This document shows positions 1 to 16,817 of a DNA stretch of 64,000 nt, in pieces. The stretch is taken from the NCBI RefSeq assembly GCF_009914755.1, contig NC_060926.1; one strand, written 5' to 3'. The position numbers and the translations under genes are program-made. Position 1 is the stretch's first letter, and each line of letters opens with the position of its first letter. The notes under the pieces were generated by a model that saw nothing but the letters and a program-made list of their open reading frames with translations, did not search any database and was not told where the DNA came from. The DNA comes from the human T2T-CHM13v2.0 reference genome, Homo sapiens.

Positions 1-1514
1 TATGCCTATATACATATACATATGACACGCCTATATACATGTATACATATATGCATATATAGACATATTATTATCATTATTTTTCCATTGTTTTATCTTT
101 TTTATCAAGCAAAATATAAAACTTCTGGATGAATATATAGTACTATTCCCAGAGGCAAATATGCCAGCATATATAAATGTGTTTGCAAAAATGTTTTATA
201 TTTACACCCATAAATTACTATTTTTAATACTTTCAAAATCACATTTTCACCTCTGTGATCTATGCAATTTTTACTTCATTTTCTAAATAAGGATGAGGTC
301 TGTTTGTTATTAATTATATTGAATGAGGTCACATAACATTTTGTTTAACAGAAGTGCAGAAGTGTGTTATAGGTTGTTTTAGTACTATAGTAAACACTTG
401 ACAATACACCAGAAATCTTAATAAGATATGAATGATTTAATAAGATATGAATAACTATACAAGGAAAGCAAAATATAACTTCACAAGGAGTGAGGAATAT
501 GTAATGTATAGAGTTGAGTACCTGCAGTTTTTATTCAGTTAAAACTTGGTGTAGGTGAATTGAAGGATCACAAAACCACACTACCATATGACTTACTGAA
601 ACATTTTCTCTTTTTTTGTTACATACATGAAAAAACCGTCTCTCTATTTTCTAGTTTCTAGTAATGTTGTCTCCTAGACAGGTGCTTTAGAAATAATAGG
701 CCTATTTGTTCTTTATACCTTGCACTCAGAACAGAACTACTTTGCTGAATTCATTGCCATTTTGAAGATACTGTACCTGAAAGTTACAAACTACCTAATA
801 ACTCTAAATTGACTCTTATTTTTCATAACTTAGTTGCTCACCACAGCTCCCTGTGCTCATTACTCTGCCAACATCTGTGATTGCTAAGAGGTTGGAGAGA
901 AAATTTTGAGCAACAGAAAAATGTCATATTGTTCTTCCAATAATACGTGCCTAGGAAATACTAAAGAAAAACTATTAGGCCTATGTCTATAATAAAAGAA
1001 GTTTCACATAAAAATAGAGGTGAATTAGTATTTTGCAATTGCACTTTTATATTTAGTTCTTCATGTAAATGCAATTGATGATTTTAAAATTATGACATTG
1101 TTTATATTAATGATGTTTAATAATATGGTATATGATATTAATAATATTAATATATTATTAGTATATCATTTTAAGACTTTATATTACTTAGAGAATGTTT
1201 TCCTTTGTAAGCTGGTTATACTAGTACACCAGAATAATGATTATTAGACATTCAGATATAACCTGTAAAAATTACTGCAAAATTTTCATGTATTATGTTA
1301 CATAAATATGTATATATTAATTTATATACACATAAACTGATTTCAGCTGTTCTTATGAATATATAAATGTATATATATGCATTCATGTTTATAATAATAT
1401 ATGAATACAAAATAATTGTGTGTTTTATGTGAGTATATGTGTGTTTGTATATGTTTTTAATATGTGTGTATGTATATTCAGTTGCAAATTAAAATATGAA
1501 CACAAAATCAGTAT

Positions 1515-3700
<2,186 letters not shown>

Positions 3701-3890
3701 AAACACTACTGAAACGTTACATATACACTATGTAAATATATTCATATACTAATTTATATGTACATAAACAGGTCTTCTTAAGTGGTTTCATAAATATTTA
3801 AATGTACATATATGCATTAATTGGTAAAGTAAAATATGAACACAAATTGTACAGAAAAATATAAAAGCTTTTCAGAAAGGCAAAGGCTTA

Positions 3891-4492
<602 letters not shown>

Positions 4493-4654
4493 TTAAGCTC
4501 AGCAGAGAGGATTGCTAGGAGTTCCAGGGAAATGGAGAAAGAAAGAGAACAAGAAGTCACTACATGGGAATGGAATTGAGATGAAAAGGATGCTAAGTAA
4601 TATGTGTACTTGAATTCACCCCAGGGAGAATATAGGACCTCAGAAGTTATAATA

Positions 4655-4900
4655 AACAACGTGAGTCTAAAGCTAGCTATGTATCATATCCCTGCTCTGT
4701 GAACTTCACCTGTGTTTATTCATCTAATCTCCACAAAAATCTTTTGATATCAAGTATTAGAATTTAAATTTTACAAATGAAGAAATCTGAGATGAAGAGA
4801 GGTTATATAATAGCCAAGGCCATGGAACTAACAGTAGAGACTATATTTGAGTCAGAACTACTTAGCACCACTGCCCTTGCACTCACCCACTATACTCTGT
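4655..4900 (-). mobile_element. MIR SINE, degenerate
   Basis: ttttacaaatgaagaaatctgagatgaagagaggtta resembles the reverse complement of the MIR core. Confidence 0.7.
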
Positions 4901-5939
4901 GACTGCTAGTGGCTGCATGGGGTTCTAGTCTTCACATACATGGTATTTTGTTGGCAAATTCTTCACTGTCATGTCACTAAATAAAACCCCAGGAATTTGT
5001 CTTCCTGAGATTGATGATATTTGGGTGGGTGGTGGTGATCACAGGTTGAGAATTCCCAAGATTGGATTTTCCATAAGCCTACTAAATGGGAGCTCAGAAG
5101 CATGAATATGTTAATTTAAAAATATTGAAAATAAAATATTCCCTACGACTTGCAGACAGATAACAGTATGCAAGAAACTTTGAGGACTTTAGATAAAGAT
5201 ATCATTGGTTCTGATGAAAAGTCAACAAATCTGTCATTCACCAAACTCAAGACAATAGTTGGCATCAGAAATGTGTGAAGCAGATTGCAATGGATCTTGC
5301 TTTAGAATATCTAAGACCTCAGATAGGGAAGTTGCTGGAGCATGCAAGGGGTGTAAATCTTGATCCAACTATAGCCTTGGGGAAGGTCATCAGATACCTT
5401 AGATGACACAGTATAGGGATCCTGCATTGGCATATATGGTACCCTACATACACTTGGGGCAGCCAGATTTGCTAGGCAAAGAGGTTTGGTTTTTAGTTTG
5501 TCTTTTTTCTAACAAACAAGGTCAACTTAACCTCTGCGGGAACAGGGGCCATGCCCTAACCAACTTAGTGACACAACCAAAATGGAGACAGAAGACCCAC
5601 GCTATACTTGCTGCTATGACTCTATGTAACCACCCTCCTAAGTCTTTTTAGATTTTAGGGCCTCTGAATCAGAAAAGAAAATTAAGTGAATTTAAACTTT
5701 TTTGTTTCCTACCTCATTTCATTTTAACAGATTCAAACCAAAACGAACCCAATCTTCAAGGTGATCCTTCCAAAATTTCAACAAAGTGCAAGCACACTGG
5801 AAGGGCAAGGAGAAAAGCATCACTGTCTCTAAAAGAAGACGGACAACTATGGGGAGGGAAAAGAGTGGTGACTAAGAAAAACGTTGCGTGCCTCTGAGAT
5901 GGGGACATTCCTGGATTTGGGGGAGGAAATGACATGGAG

Positions 5940-6085
5940 TTTAAACAAGAGAAATTTATTCTCTTAAAGTTCTGGATGTTAGAAGTCTAAGTTCAAGGTC
6001 TTGGAAAGATTGCTTCTTCTCATGCCTCTCACCTAGACATGTAGATGGCTGCCTTCTTCCTATGCCTTCATATGGTCGTTGTGTT
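5940..6085 (-). mobile_element. MaLR LTR fragment (MLT1-like)
   Basis: ttaaacaagagaaatttattctcttaaagttctggatgttagaagtctaagttcaaggt matches the antisense MLT1 3' part. Confidence 0.7.
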
Positions 6086-9000
6086 GTTCCATCCCTGGCT
6101 TTTAAATCTATGTAAAATTGCCTTAAATTTCTCCTGTGCCCAATAATTCTCTCCCTGCCTCCCAAATCTCATAGTTTCTGGAAGACCAATGTTTTCCCAA
6201 GTGTCCACGCTAATACCAGGGAGGTTACACTCTCCTCACCTTCTCTGTCTCTTGCATTATTTACTTGTCCTAATACATTGGCCTTAATATAAAACATGGC
6301 TATTAGTCCTACCATTTTCAAACATAAAAAATATAAATAAATAAAATGATTAATCAAACAGCCATACACTGAAAATGGGAGGATCCCATACTTTTATTCA
6401 TACTTTAGGGTTATAAGATACTCTTCCCTACTTTTACCTGGGTTGGACCTAGTAGAGAGTCAGGAATTTACCACCACTCAGTAGTAAAGAGGGTTCTCTC
6501 TTCTACTCTAGCTGTCAATAGAGGCCAACTAGGGAATCTGGGCTTCAACCTAGCACGAATGAGAAGAACTCTCCTAACCTCTGTTGAAGCTGTTTCAGAG
6601 AGGCCACCCTGAACTATATTTAAATGATATCTAGAGTCTCCTACCCAGTCCTGCAGTTATTCATAATTTAATTTTTAAAAAATACCTTGACATATTGAGA
6701 ACCAGAAAAATCTCAACTTGAAAAGGAAATGACAACTAACAGATGCCAACAATGAGAAGATGTCAACGTGAGAAGTATCTGAGAAGCATTTTAAATTGTC
6801 CAACATAAATTTTCCTCTATGAGCAATTATGATGTGATATAATTATAAAATAGAAGGATTTGTGAAGAAATAGAATATATAAAAAAGAATATGAAGAGAG
6901 TATAATCAAAAGTATGTAATCTTCATTTTTTAAAAAAATTTTATGCAATCTGAACAACAGAAAAAAATACCCTGGAGGGAGAAAGCAAAGCCTCAGGAAT
7001 CTGTGGGACGATTACAAAAGATCTAACATTCATGTTCATACTCCTGGGAGGAGAAAATAGAGAAGAGTTGAAAAGATAGTTAAAGAAACAGTCTGAAAAC
7101 TTTCCAAAATTGACAAGATATAAACTTACAAATTCAAGAAGAGCAAATCTCAATCAGGACAATATATGTATGTTTATATATACACACACATACATCATAC
7201 ATACATATACACACAACTATATAGGTGTACACACATATGTATACCTATAGATAAAGTAAGCATCTGAAAACTAAGGAAAGAAAAAAGTATTGAAAGCAGA
7301 GAGAAATGGTACCTTACCTTTAGAGGATAAACATTCAAATGGCAGTAAATTTGTCATCAGAAATCATAAAGGCAAAAAGAAAGTGGTATCACATTTTTTA
7401 AATGCCTGAAAAGAACTATCATCCTAGATTCTATATCAAGCAAAACTATCCTTCATAAATGAGAGGAATATCAGCAATTCTTGATGGAGGAAAATAAAAC
7501 AAACAAAAAAGTAAAACAAAACAAAACAAAAGTGAACTGTTGCCAAACTTACCCTAAAAGAACAGATTTAGGGCATTCTCTAAACAGAATGGAATTAATA
7601 AAGGAACAAACCTTGGAATATTAAGAAGGAAGGATGAAAAATAGGAATAAAAAATATGGGTAGATAAAATGGATCTTTCACTTTTCTATTGAGTTTTCTA
7701 TATTATTTTTGATGGTAGAAGTAAAAATTTTAACTGCCAAATGCGGTTCTCAATAAATGTAAAGAGAATAAATTTAAGATAATTAGCTTATAATCAAGGG
7801 GGAGTAAAATAAAATAAAGGGATAAATGTTTTCTCTACTTCAGTTGAGCTATTAAAATGTTGATAGCAGTAGACCTTAGTAAGTCATGCATAGAGAAAAT
7901 ACTTAAAAATTCTATACAAGGAGATATACTTAAAAACACTATTGATAAATAAAAACAGAATTTTAAACAATGGTCAAGTAACCTGCAGGAATAGAAGTAA
8001 AAGCGAACAGAGAAATAGGAAAGAGAGAGGGCAAACAGAAAAAAAAAAAAAGGACAGTCATAAGCGATGACATATCAATAATTACATTCATTAAACGTAA
8101 ATAATCTAAATAAAACAAAACACAGAGATGAAAGAAGTGAATTTAAAAATGTGATGCTACTACATGTTGTCTATGAGAAACTCACTTAAAATATGATGAT
8201 ATATGTGGTTTAAAAGTAAAAGTATATATAAAGAATATGTGCATAATCAAAGAAAACAGTCATAGCTGTATTAATATAAAGTACACTTCATGGAAAACAA
8301 AACTACTAGTAACAGACAAAGTCATTACATAGCGATAAAAGGGCAAATCCAGCAGAAAGATATTAAGCCTAAATATGCATTCACCAAAGAGAGATACAAA
8401 ATATGTGAAGCAAAAACTGATAGATTGAAAGGAGAAATAGGCTAATGCACAATTACAGTCAATTCTTCCACTCCCATCTCTCAAGCAGTGATAAACAACT
8501 AGACAGAAGTTCAGCAAGTATATATAAGAACCAGTATCACTATCATTAAACTACAGGATCTACTTGATATTTATTGGTCACTCTACCCATCAACAGGAGA
8601 TTACATATTATTTTCATATGTTGACAGAACATGTATCAAATAGATTGTATCCTAGACCATGAAACACACTTCAAAATATTGAAACACATTGAAATTTTAC
8701 AGAGCATACACTCTGACTGCAATGGCATCAGAGTAGCTATCAATAATAGCACAATAACAGGAAAATCCACAAATATTTGGAAATTAAATCACACTTCTAA
8801 ATAATCCATGTGTCGAATAGAATATCCCAAGGGAAATAGAAAAAATAATACATTTAACTGAATAAAAATGAAATTACATGTCAATATATGTGGTTTGTAC
8901 CTCAAGCAATGACGAAAGATAAATTTATAGCATTAAACAATTTATAGCATTAACCAAAAAGTCTAAAGTCAGCAATCTAAATTCCCACATTAAGGAACTA

Positions 9001-9539
9001 GAAAAAGAAAAGCAAAATAAACCCAAAGTATTAAGAAGGAAGAAAATAATGAGACAACAGAAGCCAAAACCAATGAAATAAAAACAATAAACAACAGAGA
9101 AATTCAATGTAACAAAATTTGGTTCTTTGAGAAAACTGATAAAATTGATAAACCTCTAGTTTAACAGCCGAGAGAGACAGAGAGAGAACAAAGGAGGAAA
9201 AACACCAATGTCATGAATAATATTGGGGTTATCTTTATAGTCTCTGTAAATATCAGAAGGTTAATAACAGAATGATGCAAACAATTCCACAAAAATTAAT
9301 TTGACAACACAGGTAAAATGGACCAATTATTGAAAGCACAAATTATCACTACTCGGCCAATTTGAAATAGAGAGTGTAACTTGCCCAATATCAATTAAGA
9401 AATTTGTTTATTTTAAAATACTAAAAAATAAATCTCCAGTCTAGAATGGTGTCGTTGGTAAACTATACCAAACATTTGAAGAAGAATTAATGATTTTAAA
9501 CAAGCTCATCTAAAAAAACAGAAGAAAAGAGAAGACTTC

Positions 9540-9902
9540 TCATATTGTTTTGCTATGCCCCCACCCAAATCTCATCTTGAGTTGTAGCTCCCACAATTCC
9601 CACATGTTGTGGGAGGGACCCAGTGGGAGGTAATTGAATCATGGGGGTGCATCTTTCCAGAGCTGTTCCATGATAGTGAGTAAGTTTCATGAGATCTTAT
9701 TGTTTTATAAAGGAGAGTTGCCCTACACAAGCTCTCAACTGCCAACATATATTTAAGACATGACTTTGTTTCTCCTTGCCTTCCGCCATGATTGTGAGGC
9801 CTCCCGGCCATGTGAAACTGTGAGTCAATAAAACCTCTTTCTTTTATAAATTACTCAGTCAAAGGTATGTCTTTATCAGCAGAATGAAAACAGACTAATG
9901 CA
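9540..9902 (+). mobile_element. THE1 solo LTR (THE1B/C-like, ERVL-MaLR)
   Basis: ccccacccaaatctcatcttgagttgtagctcccacaattcccacatgttgtgggagggacc ... aaacagactaatgca, about 360 bp. Confidence 0.93.
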
Positions 9903-10854
9903 ATTTGAGAACATTTTATGTAGCTGATATTATTCTGTTACTAAAACCAGTTGATAAAGTCCATAGGGAAGGAAGGAAGAAAGAGAGGAAGGGAGGGAGG
10001 GAGGGAACCAAACAGTGTTCCTCAGGAAAAACAGACACAAAAACCCTTAACAAGTAATATATAAAAAGATGTATAGAACATGACAAACTTGGGTTTATTC
10101 TAGCAATGCAATGCTGGATCAATATTTTAAAATCAAGAAATGTAACCCACCATATTAATAGGCTAAAGAAGAAAAATTGCGTGGTAACATCACTTGATAC
10201 AGAAAACAGCTTTGTCAAATTTCAGCCCTCATTCATGACAAAAACTCAGAAAACTAGTACCAGATGGGAACTTCTTCAACTTGATAATACTTTTTCTAAA
10301 GGCTACAAAAATCCTACCGCTAACGTCATAGTTAATGGTGAAAGGCTGAATGCTTTTTCCTAAGTCTGGGAATAAGGCAAGGCTATCCACTCTGACCACT
10401 GCTATTCTAAAGAGAATTGGAAGTATTAACCAAATAAAATCATCTACAAAAAAAAAACCCTCTAGAATAAATACATGATTTCAAAAAGTTCACAGAGTGC
10501 AAAATAAACTTTATAAAAATTGCATTTTAATATGCTATCAATAAATATGTGAAAACCAAAATTAAAAGTACACTGCCAGTTAAAACCACTCATAAAAGGG
10601 GAAATACATAGTTGTACATTTAATAAAGCAGGCAGAGCACTTTTTTGCTGGAAAGTCCAACTGCTGATGAAATAAAATATCTTTATAAATGGAAAGTCAT
10701 GATATTCACAGATTAGAAAACTTTTTATATACTTTTCCTTTGCTTTAGGAAAGCCTTGACAAGAGCAGGAAAAGATAAGTTATAGACCGAGAGAAAATAT
10801 TTGCAAAGCTGAGAAATAACTTAGATCAAAAATTTATAACAAACTTAAAAATAC

Positions 10855-10856
<2 letters not shown>

Positions 10857-10886
<30 letters not shown>
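10857..10886. repeat. (CA)15 microsatellite
   Basis: Perfect dinucleotide run. Confidence 0.97.
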
Positions 10887-10888
<2 letters not shown>

Positions 10889-11019
10889 TCCAATTAGAAA
10901 ATGGAGAAAAACATTAAGTGACATTTTACTGAAGAGAACACATTAATGGCAAACGACCATGTGGGAAGATATTCAATAGCAATACCCATAAGGGAAATAT
11001 AAATTAAGACAATGAAGCA

Positions 11020-11270
11020 GTCGGGAGTTCGAGACCAGCCTGACCAACATGGAGAAACCCCGTCTCTACTAAAAATACAAAAAATTAGCTGGGCGTGGTG
11101 GTGCATGCCTGTAATCTTAGCTACTGGGGAGGCTGAGGCAGAAAAATTGCTTGAACCTTGGAGGCAGAAGTTGTGGTGAGCCGAGTTAGTGCCATTGCAC
11201 TCTAGCCTGAGCAACAAGACCAAAACTCTGTCTCAAAAATAAAAAGAAAAGAAAAAAAGAAAAAAAAAAA
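11020..11270 (+). mobile_element. 5'-truncated Alu, AluSp-like
   Basis: Begins at gtcgggagttcgagaccagcctgaccaacatggagaaacc. TSD-like aagacaatgaag (11006-11017) and aagactacgaag (11269-11280). Confidence 0.95.
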
Positions 11271-12294
11271 GACTACGAAGAAACACCACCACACATCTAG
11301 TAAAATAACTAAAGGTAAAAATAGCGACACCACCAAATGCTGGTGAGGATGTGAAGAAAATGTCCCTTTTACTGCCAATGAATATGTAATATGGCAAAGT
11401 CACTGTAGAAAATAGCTTGACAGTTTTCCAAAAAGTTAAGTACACGTTACCATACCACAGATCATTGCACAATGGAGATATTTATGGGATGCAATAGCTC
11501 TATATCTTGATTGTGTTTTGTATTGGTGGTTTCATGAATGTACTCATGCAATAAAATGACATAGAACTATAATCACATTTTATAATACCATCATATTACT
11601 GGATTTGCTGTTGCATTTACAGTTACATAATGTATAATCCATGAGGAACCCTGAATATATAATACCTGAGAACTCCCTGTACTATCTTTACAACTTCCTG
11701 TGAATCTGTAATTATTTCAAAATTAAAAATTAGGAAAAAAAAACAAAATAATTCAATAAAACAAACATGGCACTGAGATAGTAAACTCGTAAACCCTTTT
11801 TGTTATGGTTAAATTATTGGTTATATTCAGGAAAATTGTTAAAAACTTGGAAATAGGGCAAATGAATAGCTGCATATTCTCACCATTCTTATTTTTAAAA
11901 AAAAAATACAAGTTCCGCAACTCAAATAGAAATCTCAGTGAGACTTTTGCTGAAACAAGTAAATTCTGATAAAGTTCACCTATTAATTAGAATAATATAA
12001 GAGTGATATTTTTAAAAACATACCAGGCAAAAATTAAAACAAAACAAAAACAAAAATAAGATAATTGCAAAGATGTATAATATCTTAATATTTAAAGAAG
12101 GAGGCCTGAAGGAGCAGGGAATATGGATTTTTACTAGGAAACATCAAAACACATTTAAAAATTACTGTAATTAAGTGTGTACATTATTGACCAGAAATCA
12201 GTGTGGAGATATTTGACACTAATCAGAATGCTCAAACATAAATATAAAAAACTTAAAAAAAAATTTGTGTTTTTTAAAGTACTAATATTAGTAA

Positions 12295-12548
12295 CAGAAT
12301 ATACTGAGTCAATAATATGGGCTTAAGAATTCAGTAAACTTAGATGTGAATTCTGACTCTTCCAGTAACTGGCTGTATGACATTGAGCAAATTTTTTAAT
12401 CTCTCAAAAACATCTTTTAAACACTCATAAAGTGGAAACAATAATACTGTCCTTAAAAAGTGTTATGAGTGTCAATTGAGACAATGCACACAATATGCTG
12501 AGTGCTTGACAGATAGCAATTTCTCAATATATATTAGCTGTCATAAAT
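12295..12548 (+). mobile_element. MIR SINE
   Basis: ctggctgtatgacattgagcaaattttttaatctctc ... ctcaatatatattagctgtcat follows the MIR core and tail. Confidence 0.75.
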
Positions 12549-12564
12549 CATCATTATTTATAAT

Positions 12565-12930
12565 TTTAATTCATTCAACAGCATTTTTGAGGGCTATCTA
12601 TGTTTCAAGGACTATGTATCACTACACTGGTGAGGCATTAATAATCAAGACATACTCACTTTCGTGGGAAATCTAAAAAGGATACAGATGAATAGACATA
12701 AATAGTTATGGTAAAATAAAAGAAGTTTGGGAAGTGTGGTGTTCAATAGGTAGGAAACCAGACCCAGGGTTAAAATGTAGGCACACCCTTTCCAAAGTGA
12801 CTGTTCCCTAAGGTTATATATGAAGGATGAGTGAGTGGTCTAGGTGAATATCCAGGAATGGAGAAAAATGAGCTAAGATAGTGAGCATGATTCAATACAG
12901 AGGATATATCATATGCAAGGCCAAGAGAAA
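12565..12930 (-). mobile_element. L2 3' end fragment
   Basis: tcattcaacagcatttttgagggctatctatgtttcaagg is the antisense L2 tail. Confidence 0.65.
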
Positions 12931-13510
12931 ATAATTTTTACAGTGTTGATATAACCAGCTTAGTTTTCATTCCTTCCATATATAACACCTACTCGTTTGA
13001 TGAACAAAGAGGTTCAATAAATCAGCCCATGTCAAGAGCCTTGTAGGTCAAAATAAAGTCATGTCTCTTCAACTGATTGTTGTGAATGGTAAGAGAAACA
13101 CAGAAAGGAAAGGAGAGTGCATTCTATGTGGAGAGTTGCGAAGTGAAAAGAAAATTAGTGTCAGGAGGTTTTAGATGTAAATTAAAATAACCAGTCTAAT
13201 AGATGATAGGGTTTCTTCTGCAACTAGCAAGATACAATTCTGTGTTAGATGATTATAGAAGGTCTTTACTAGATTTTTAAGAGAGGTTATATTTCTCAAA
13301 TGTACAGAATACTCAGGTTTACAAATATGTGGGCAAGGCACAGCTTATGTAGGTAAAGAATAAACCCATCCAAAATTTCTTAGAAGAGGTTGAAGATACA
13401 GAAAATATGAACGAGTAAAAGTGCATAGGGCAGTCTCCAGGAGCTTCCTGCATTAGATTTTCTCTAATACTTCACCTATCATTGAAGAAATTGGAAGTAC
13501 TACCAAAAAA

Positions 13511-13512
<2 letters not shown>

Positions 13513-13550
<38 letters not shown>
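13513..13550. repeat. (GT)19 microsatellite
   Basis: Perfect dinucleotide run. Confidence 0.97.
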
Positions 13551-13555
<5 letters not shown>

Positions 13556-14374
13556 GTTGATTGGCTGCTATCAACGAACAGTTGTGATTTATAATACAGT
13601 ACTATACAAGTGGATAACAATATTTAGATACCAAACCACTCCTTACCACAAGTTAACAATATGTTTTCCTAATAGCTATTAACTACCACAACATTATGAA
13701 AGAGATTCTAATTTGCCATCATTTAGTTCTTGATGCAATTAAGAAAAGTAAATGTAGACTGAGTTTGCACCAGCATGCAACAGCTAATTCAACTAAATTC
13801 AAAGGCACACATGCAATAAATGCTGTCAAAACATAGCATTTTTCATAGGTGATTGGGCATTTACATTTGGAGTGGGTTGTTAAAATTGTAATTATCCAAT
13901 TTAGAAGGCAAGAGAACAATCTCCTTATGAAAACAAAGTCACGCCGAGCCTGATCAAAATGCAGTTGGGAACCTTATGTGAATGTATGACGCTAGAATTG
14001 GCGACAATTTTAGAGTAATGATTCCAGGAGATGAACCATAGGATAACTTGTGCTAAGGCAATAACTTCAAAATAATAGTCTCCTATATTCACATATATTA
14101 TACTTCTTCCATATTTCCTATTTTTTTCATTGATAAGTCTTAGGCAGACACAAATTGGAGGAAGCATGAGTATTGTGTGTAGCCTATAGGTGAAAAATTG
14201 AGATCTGCAGTGGTGTTCATAGTTCCTCTAGAGAAAGGATTGAGCATATTGTCAGCACAGAATATTAAGCAGAGTTCAGAAAAACAGAGTTCTCAAATAG
14301 CTTGGGAGTAGTAATAAAAAAAAAAGAAATTGGATGAAAGTAAGCCAAAGCGTAGTGCAGAAAGAGAAAATATG

Positions 14375-14747
14375 AATGTGTGGTAAATTTACACTCACCA
14401 AATATTCTATTATTTTCCCTACATTTCCCAGTCCTCTCACAGCTAGACACGGTCATATATGCTCTAGTCAATGGGCTGTGAAGAAAAGTGGCATTAGACA
14501 TTTCTGGACAAGGGCAGTGAAAAGCCGTTTTGTAACCATCCATGATATCTTTTCTCATCCTGGTGAAACTACAACATTGTTCGAGATGGTGGTGTCATGT
14601 GAAGTTTTGTCAGTCTTGGTCCCTGAATAAGAAGATTCCCCTAGTGTCTCAAACTGGAAATGAAACATGAGAAATAAATAAAGCTGGATTGCATGAAGTC
14701 TTTATTATTTTTTTTAATTGCTAAACCTAGCCTTTCCTGACTAATAC
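14375..14747 (+). mobile_element. Old MaLR LTR (MLT1I/J-like)
   Basis: ctacatttcccagtcctctcacagctaga ... acctagcctttcctgactaataca terminus. Confidence 0.7.
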
Positions 14748-14987
14748 ACCTGGGGTCCCGGAAAAGGGTCCCAGGATCTAACAGGATGCCTAACAGCATT
14801 AAGATAACTGATCATGGTGGAGAGAGAGGGTTCTCCATCCTGGTCTATGGCTCCTATTGATATTTGTGTAAAAATCAAATAAACAACAACAATAAAATAC
14901 AGTTCCCTGTATACACATTTTTAACTTAAAATTTTTTAGTACTTTCTGATTTACTTAACATCTCATTACAGTAGAGGTCCTATACAA

Positions 14988-15505
14988 CATGGGTTCCCAA
15001 CCCAGCCTGGATTACGGACTGGTACATGGCCTGTAAGAAACCAGGCCTCACAGCAGGAGGTGAGCAACAGGTGATTGAGCAAAGCTTCCTCTGTATTTAC
15101 AGCCATTCCCCAGCATTGCCACCTGAGCTCCACCTCCTGTCAAATCAGCGGTGGCATTAGATTCTCATAGGAGCATGAACCCTATTGTGAACTGAGCATG
15201 CAAAGGATCTAGGTTGCACACTCCTTATGAAGACCTAATGCCTCATAATCTGTCAGTGTCTCCCATCACCTACAGATGGGACCGTCTAGTTGCAGAAAGA
15301 CAAGTTCAGGGCTCCTACTCATTCTACATTATGGGGAGTTGTATAATTATTTCATTACATCTTACAATGTAATAATAATAGAAATAAACTGTACCATAAA
15401 TGTAATGCACTTGAAGCATCCCAAAACCATTCCCCCACCCCAGTCCATAGAAAAATTGTCTTCCACAAAACCAGTCCTTGCTGCCAGAAAGGTTGGGGAT
15501 CACTG
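14988..15505 (+). mobile_element. MER1A hAT-Charlie DNA transposon
   Basis: Terminal inverted repeats catgggttcccaacc and ggttggggatcactg. Length about 520 bp. 8 bp TSD-like ctatacaa / ctagacac. Confidence 0.92.
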
Positions 15506-15911
15506 CTAGACACCCCTTCCTATTTCCCCTATTATTAACATCTCACATTAGTATGGTACATTTGTTATAACTAGTGATCACGGATACATTATGTTTAATT
15601 AAAGTCTGTACTTTATTTACATTTGTTTAGTTTTTACCTAATTTTTTTTTTCTGTTCTAGGATCCCATCTAGAATAACATTTTTTTTTCATGTTTTCTTA
15701 GACTTTGATAGACTGTGAGTCTCTCAGACTTTACTTGCCTTTGATGACCTTTACAATTTTGAGGGGTACTGATTGGGCATTTTGTAAAATGTCTTTCAAT
15801 TTTGGTTTTTCTAATATTTGTCTCATGGTTAACTCATGGTTAATATTTGTCTCATGGTAAAACCCATGATTATGGGTTTTGGGCAGGGATATCACATCGT
15901 ACCAAGAGTAC

Positions 15912-16817
15912 TGCAATATTGCGACTTATATAATAATGTATTTGTTCCTAATCCTGGCACAGATCTCCTAGAGCTCTGAAAATTTCCTAAATGATGAGAG
16001 TGATAAAGGTAAAGGGAAGGTCTTTTGTTATTCAGAATAAACACCTTTCAACCATACTAGAGTTTATATCAATGAAGTAGCTTTTGAAAAACCCTCGTGA
16101 TGGGAGGTTGGTTGCCAAGGGAACGAATCTTAGGATTACAAGTGATTAGAAGGTTACAATTTTCAGCTCCATCCTCAGACCTCCAGGGAGGAGACAGGGG
16201 CTGAAGGTTGAGTTAATCACTTAAGGCCAATGATTTAATCAATCATACCTAAGTAATAAAGCCTCCATAAAAACCCTAAAAGGATGGGGTTTGGAGAGCT
16301 TCTGGGTTGCTGAACACATAGAGGTTCCTTGAGAGTGATGCACCTGGAGAGGGCAGGGAATTCCACTCCCTTTTCTTCACACCTTGTCCCCTGCATCTCT
16401 CCCATCTGGCTGTTCCCTATTTACGTCCTTTGCAATAAACCAGCAATCTAATAGGTGAATTGTGGTTTTGAGTTCTGCAAGCCACTCTAGCAAGTGATTG
16501 AACCTGAGAAGCAGGGAATAGGGACCTCTGATTGGTAACCAAGTTGGACAGATGTTGTGGGGAATCTGGAGACCTACTGCTTTGATTCATATCTGCAGTG
16601 GGGGTATCTTGTGAATCTGAGTCTTTAAACTGTGGGATCTGACACTATCTCCAGATGGATAGTTTCAAAATTGAATTGAATGGTAGGACACCCAGCCGGT
16701 GTCAGAAAATTGGTTGAAGTGGGGAAAACACTCATACATTTGGTATCAGAAGTAAAGTGTTAAGTGAGTGTTAAGAGTATTGTGGAAGAAAACAGTTTTT
16801 GTTTTTCCTGCTATACA
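15912..16817 (+). mobile_element. MER21(B-like) solo LTR
   Basis: TG...CA termini. cctggcacagatctccta ... ggccaatgatttaatcaatcatacctaagtaataaagcctccataaaaacc. Flanks agtac / gatac. Confidence 0.88.

Larger units (their letters stand above)
6420..11745 (+). mobile_element. Long decayed LINE-1 (L1MD/L1MC-like): 5' region, ORF1 remnant, ORF2 remnant and 3' end; carries nested THE1 LTR and Alu
   Basis: ORF2 start-like catatcaataattacattcattaaacgtaaataatctaaat near 8070. RT-region remnants at 10080-10440. 3' end tactatctttacaacttcctgtgaatctgtaattatttcaaaattaaaaa. Many stops and frameshifts, with internal deletions. Confidence 0.85.

Noticed and set aside
418-452. Short tandem duplications of 17-30 bp here and at about 3494-3534, 8924-8955, 15812-15860 and 30024-30065
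   Set aside because: These are ordinary slippage-type micro-duplications with no shared sequence and no sign of function.
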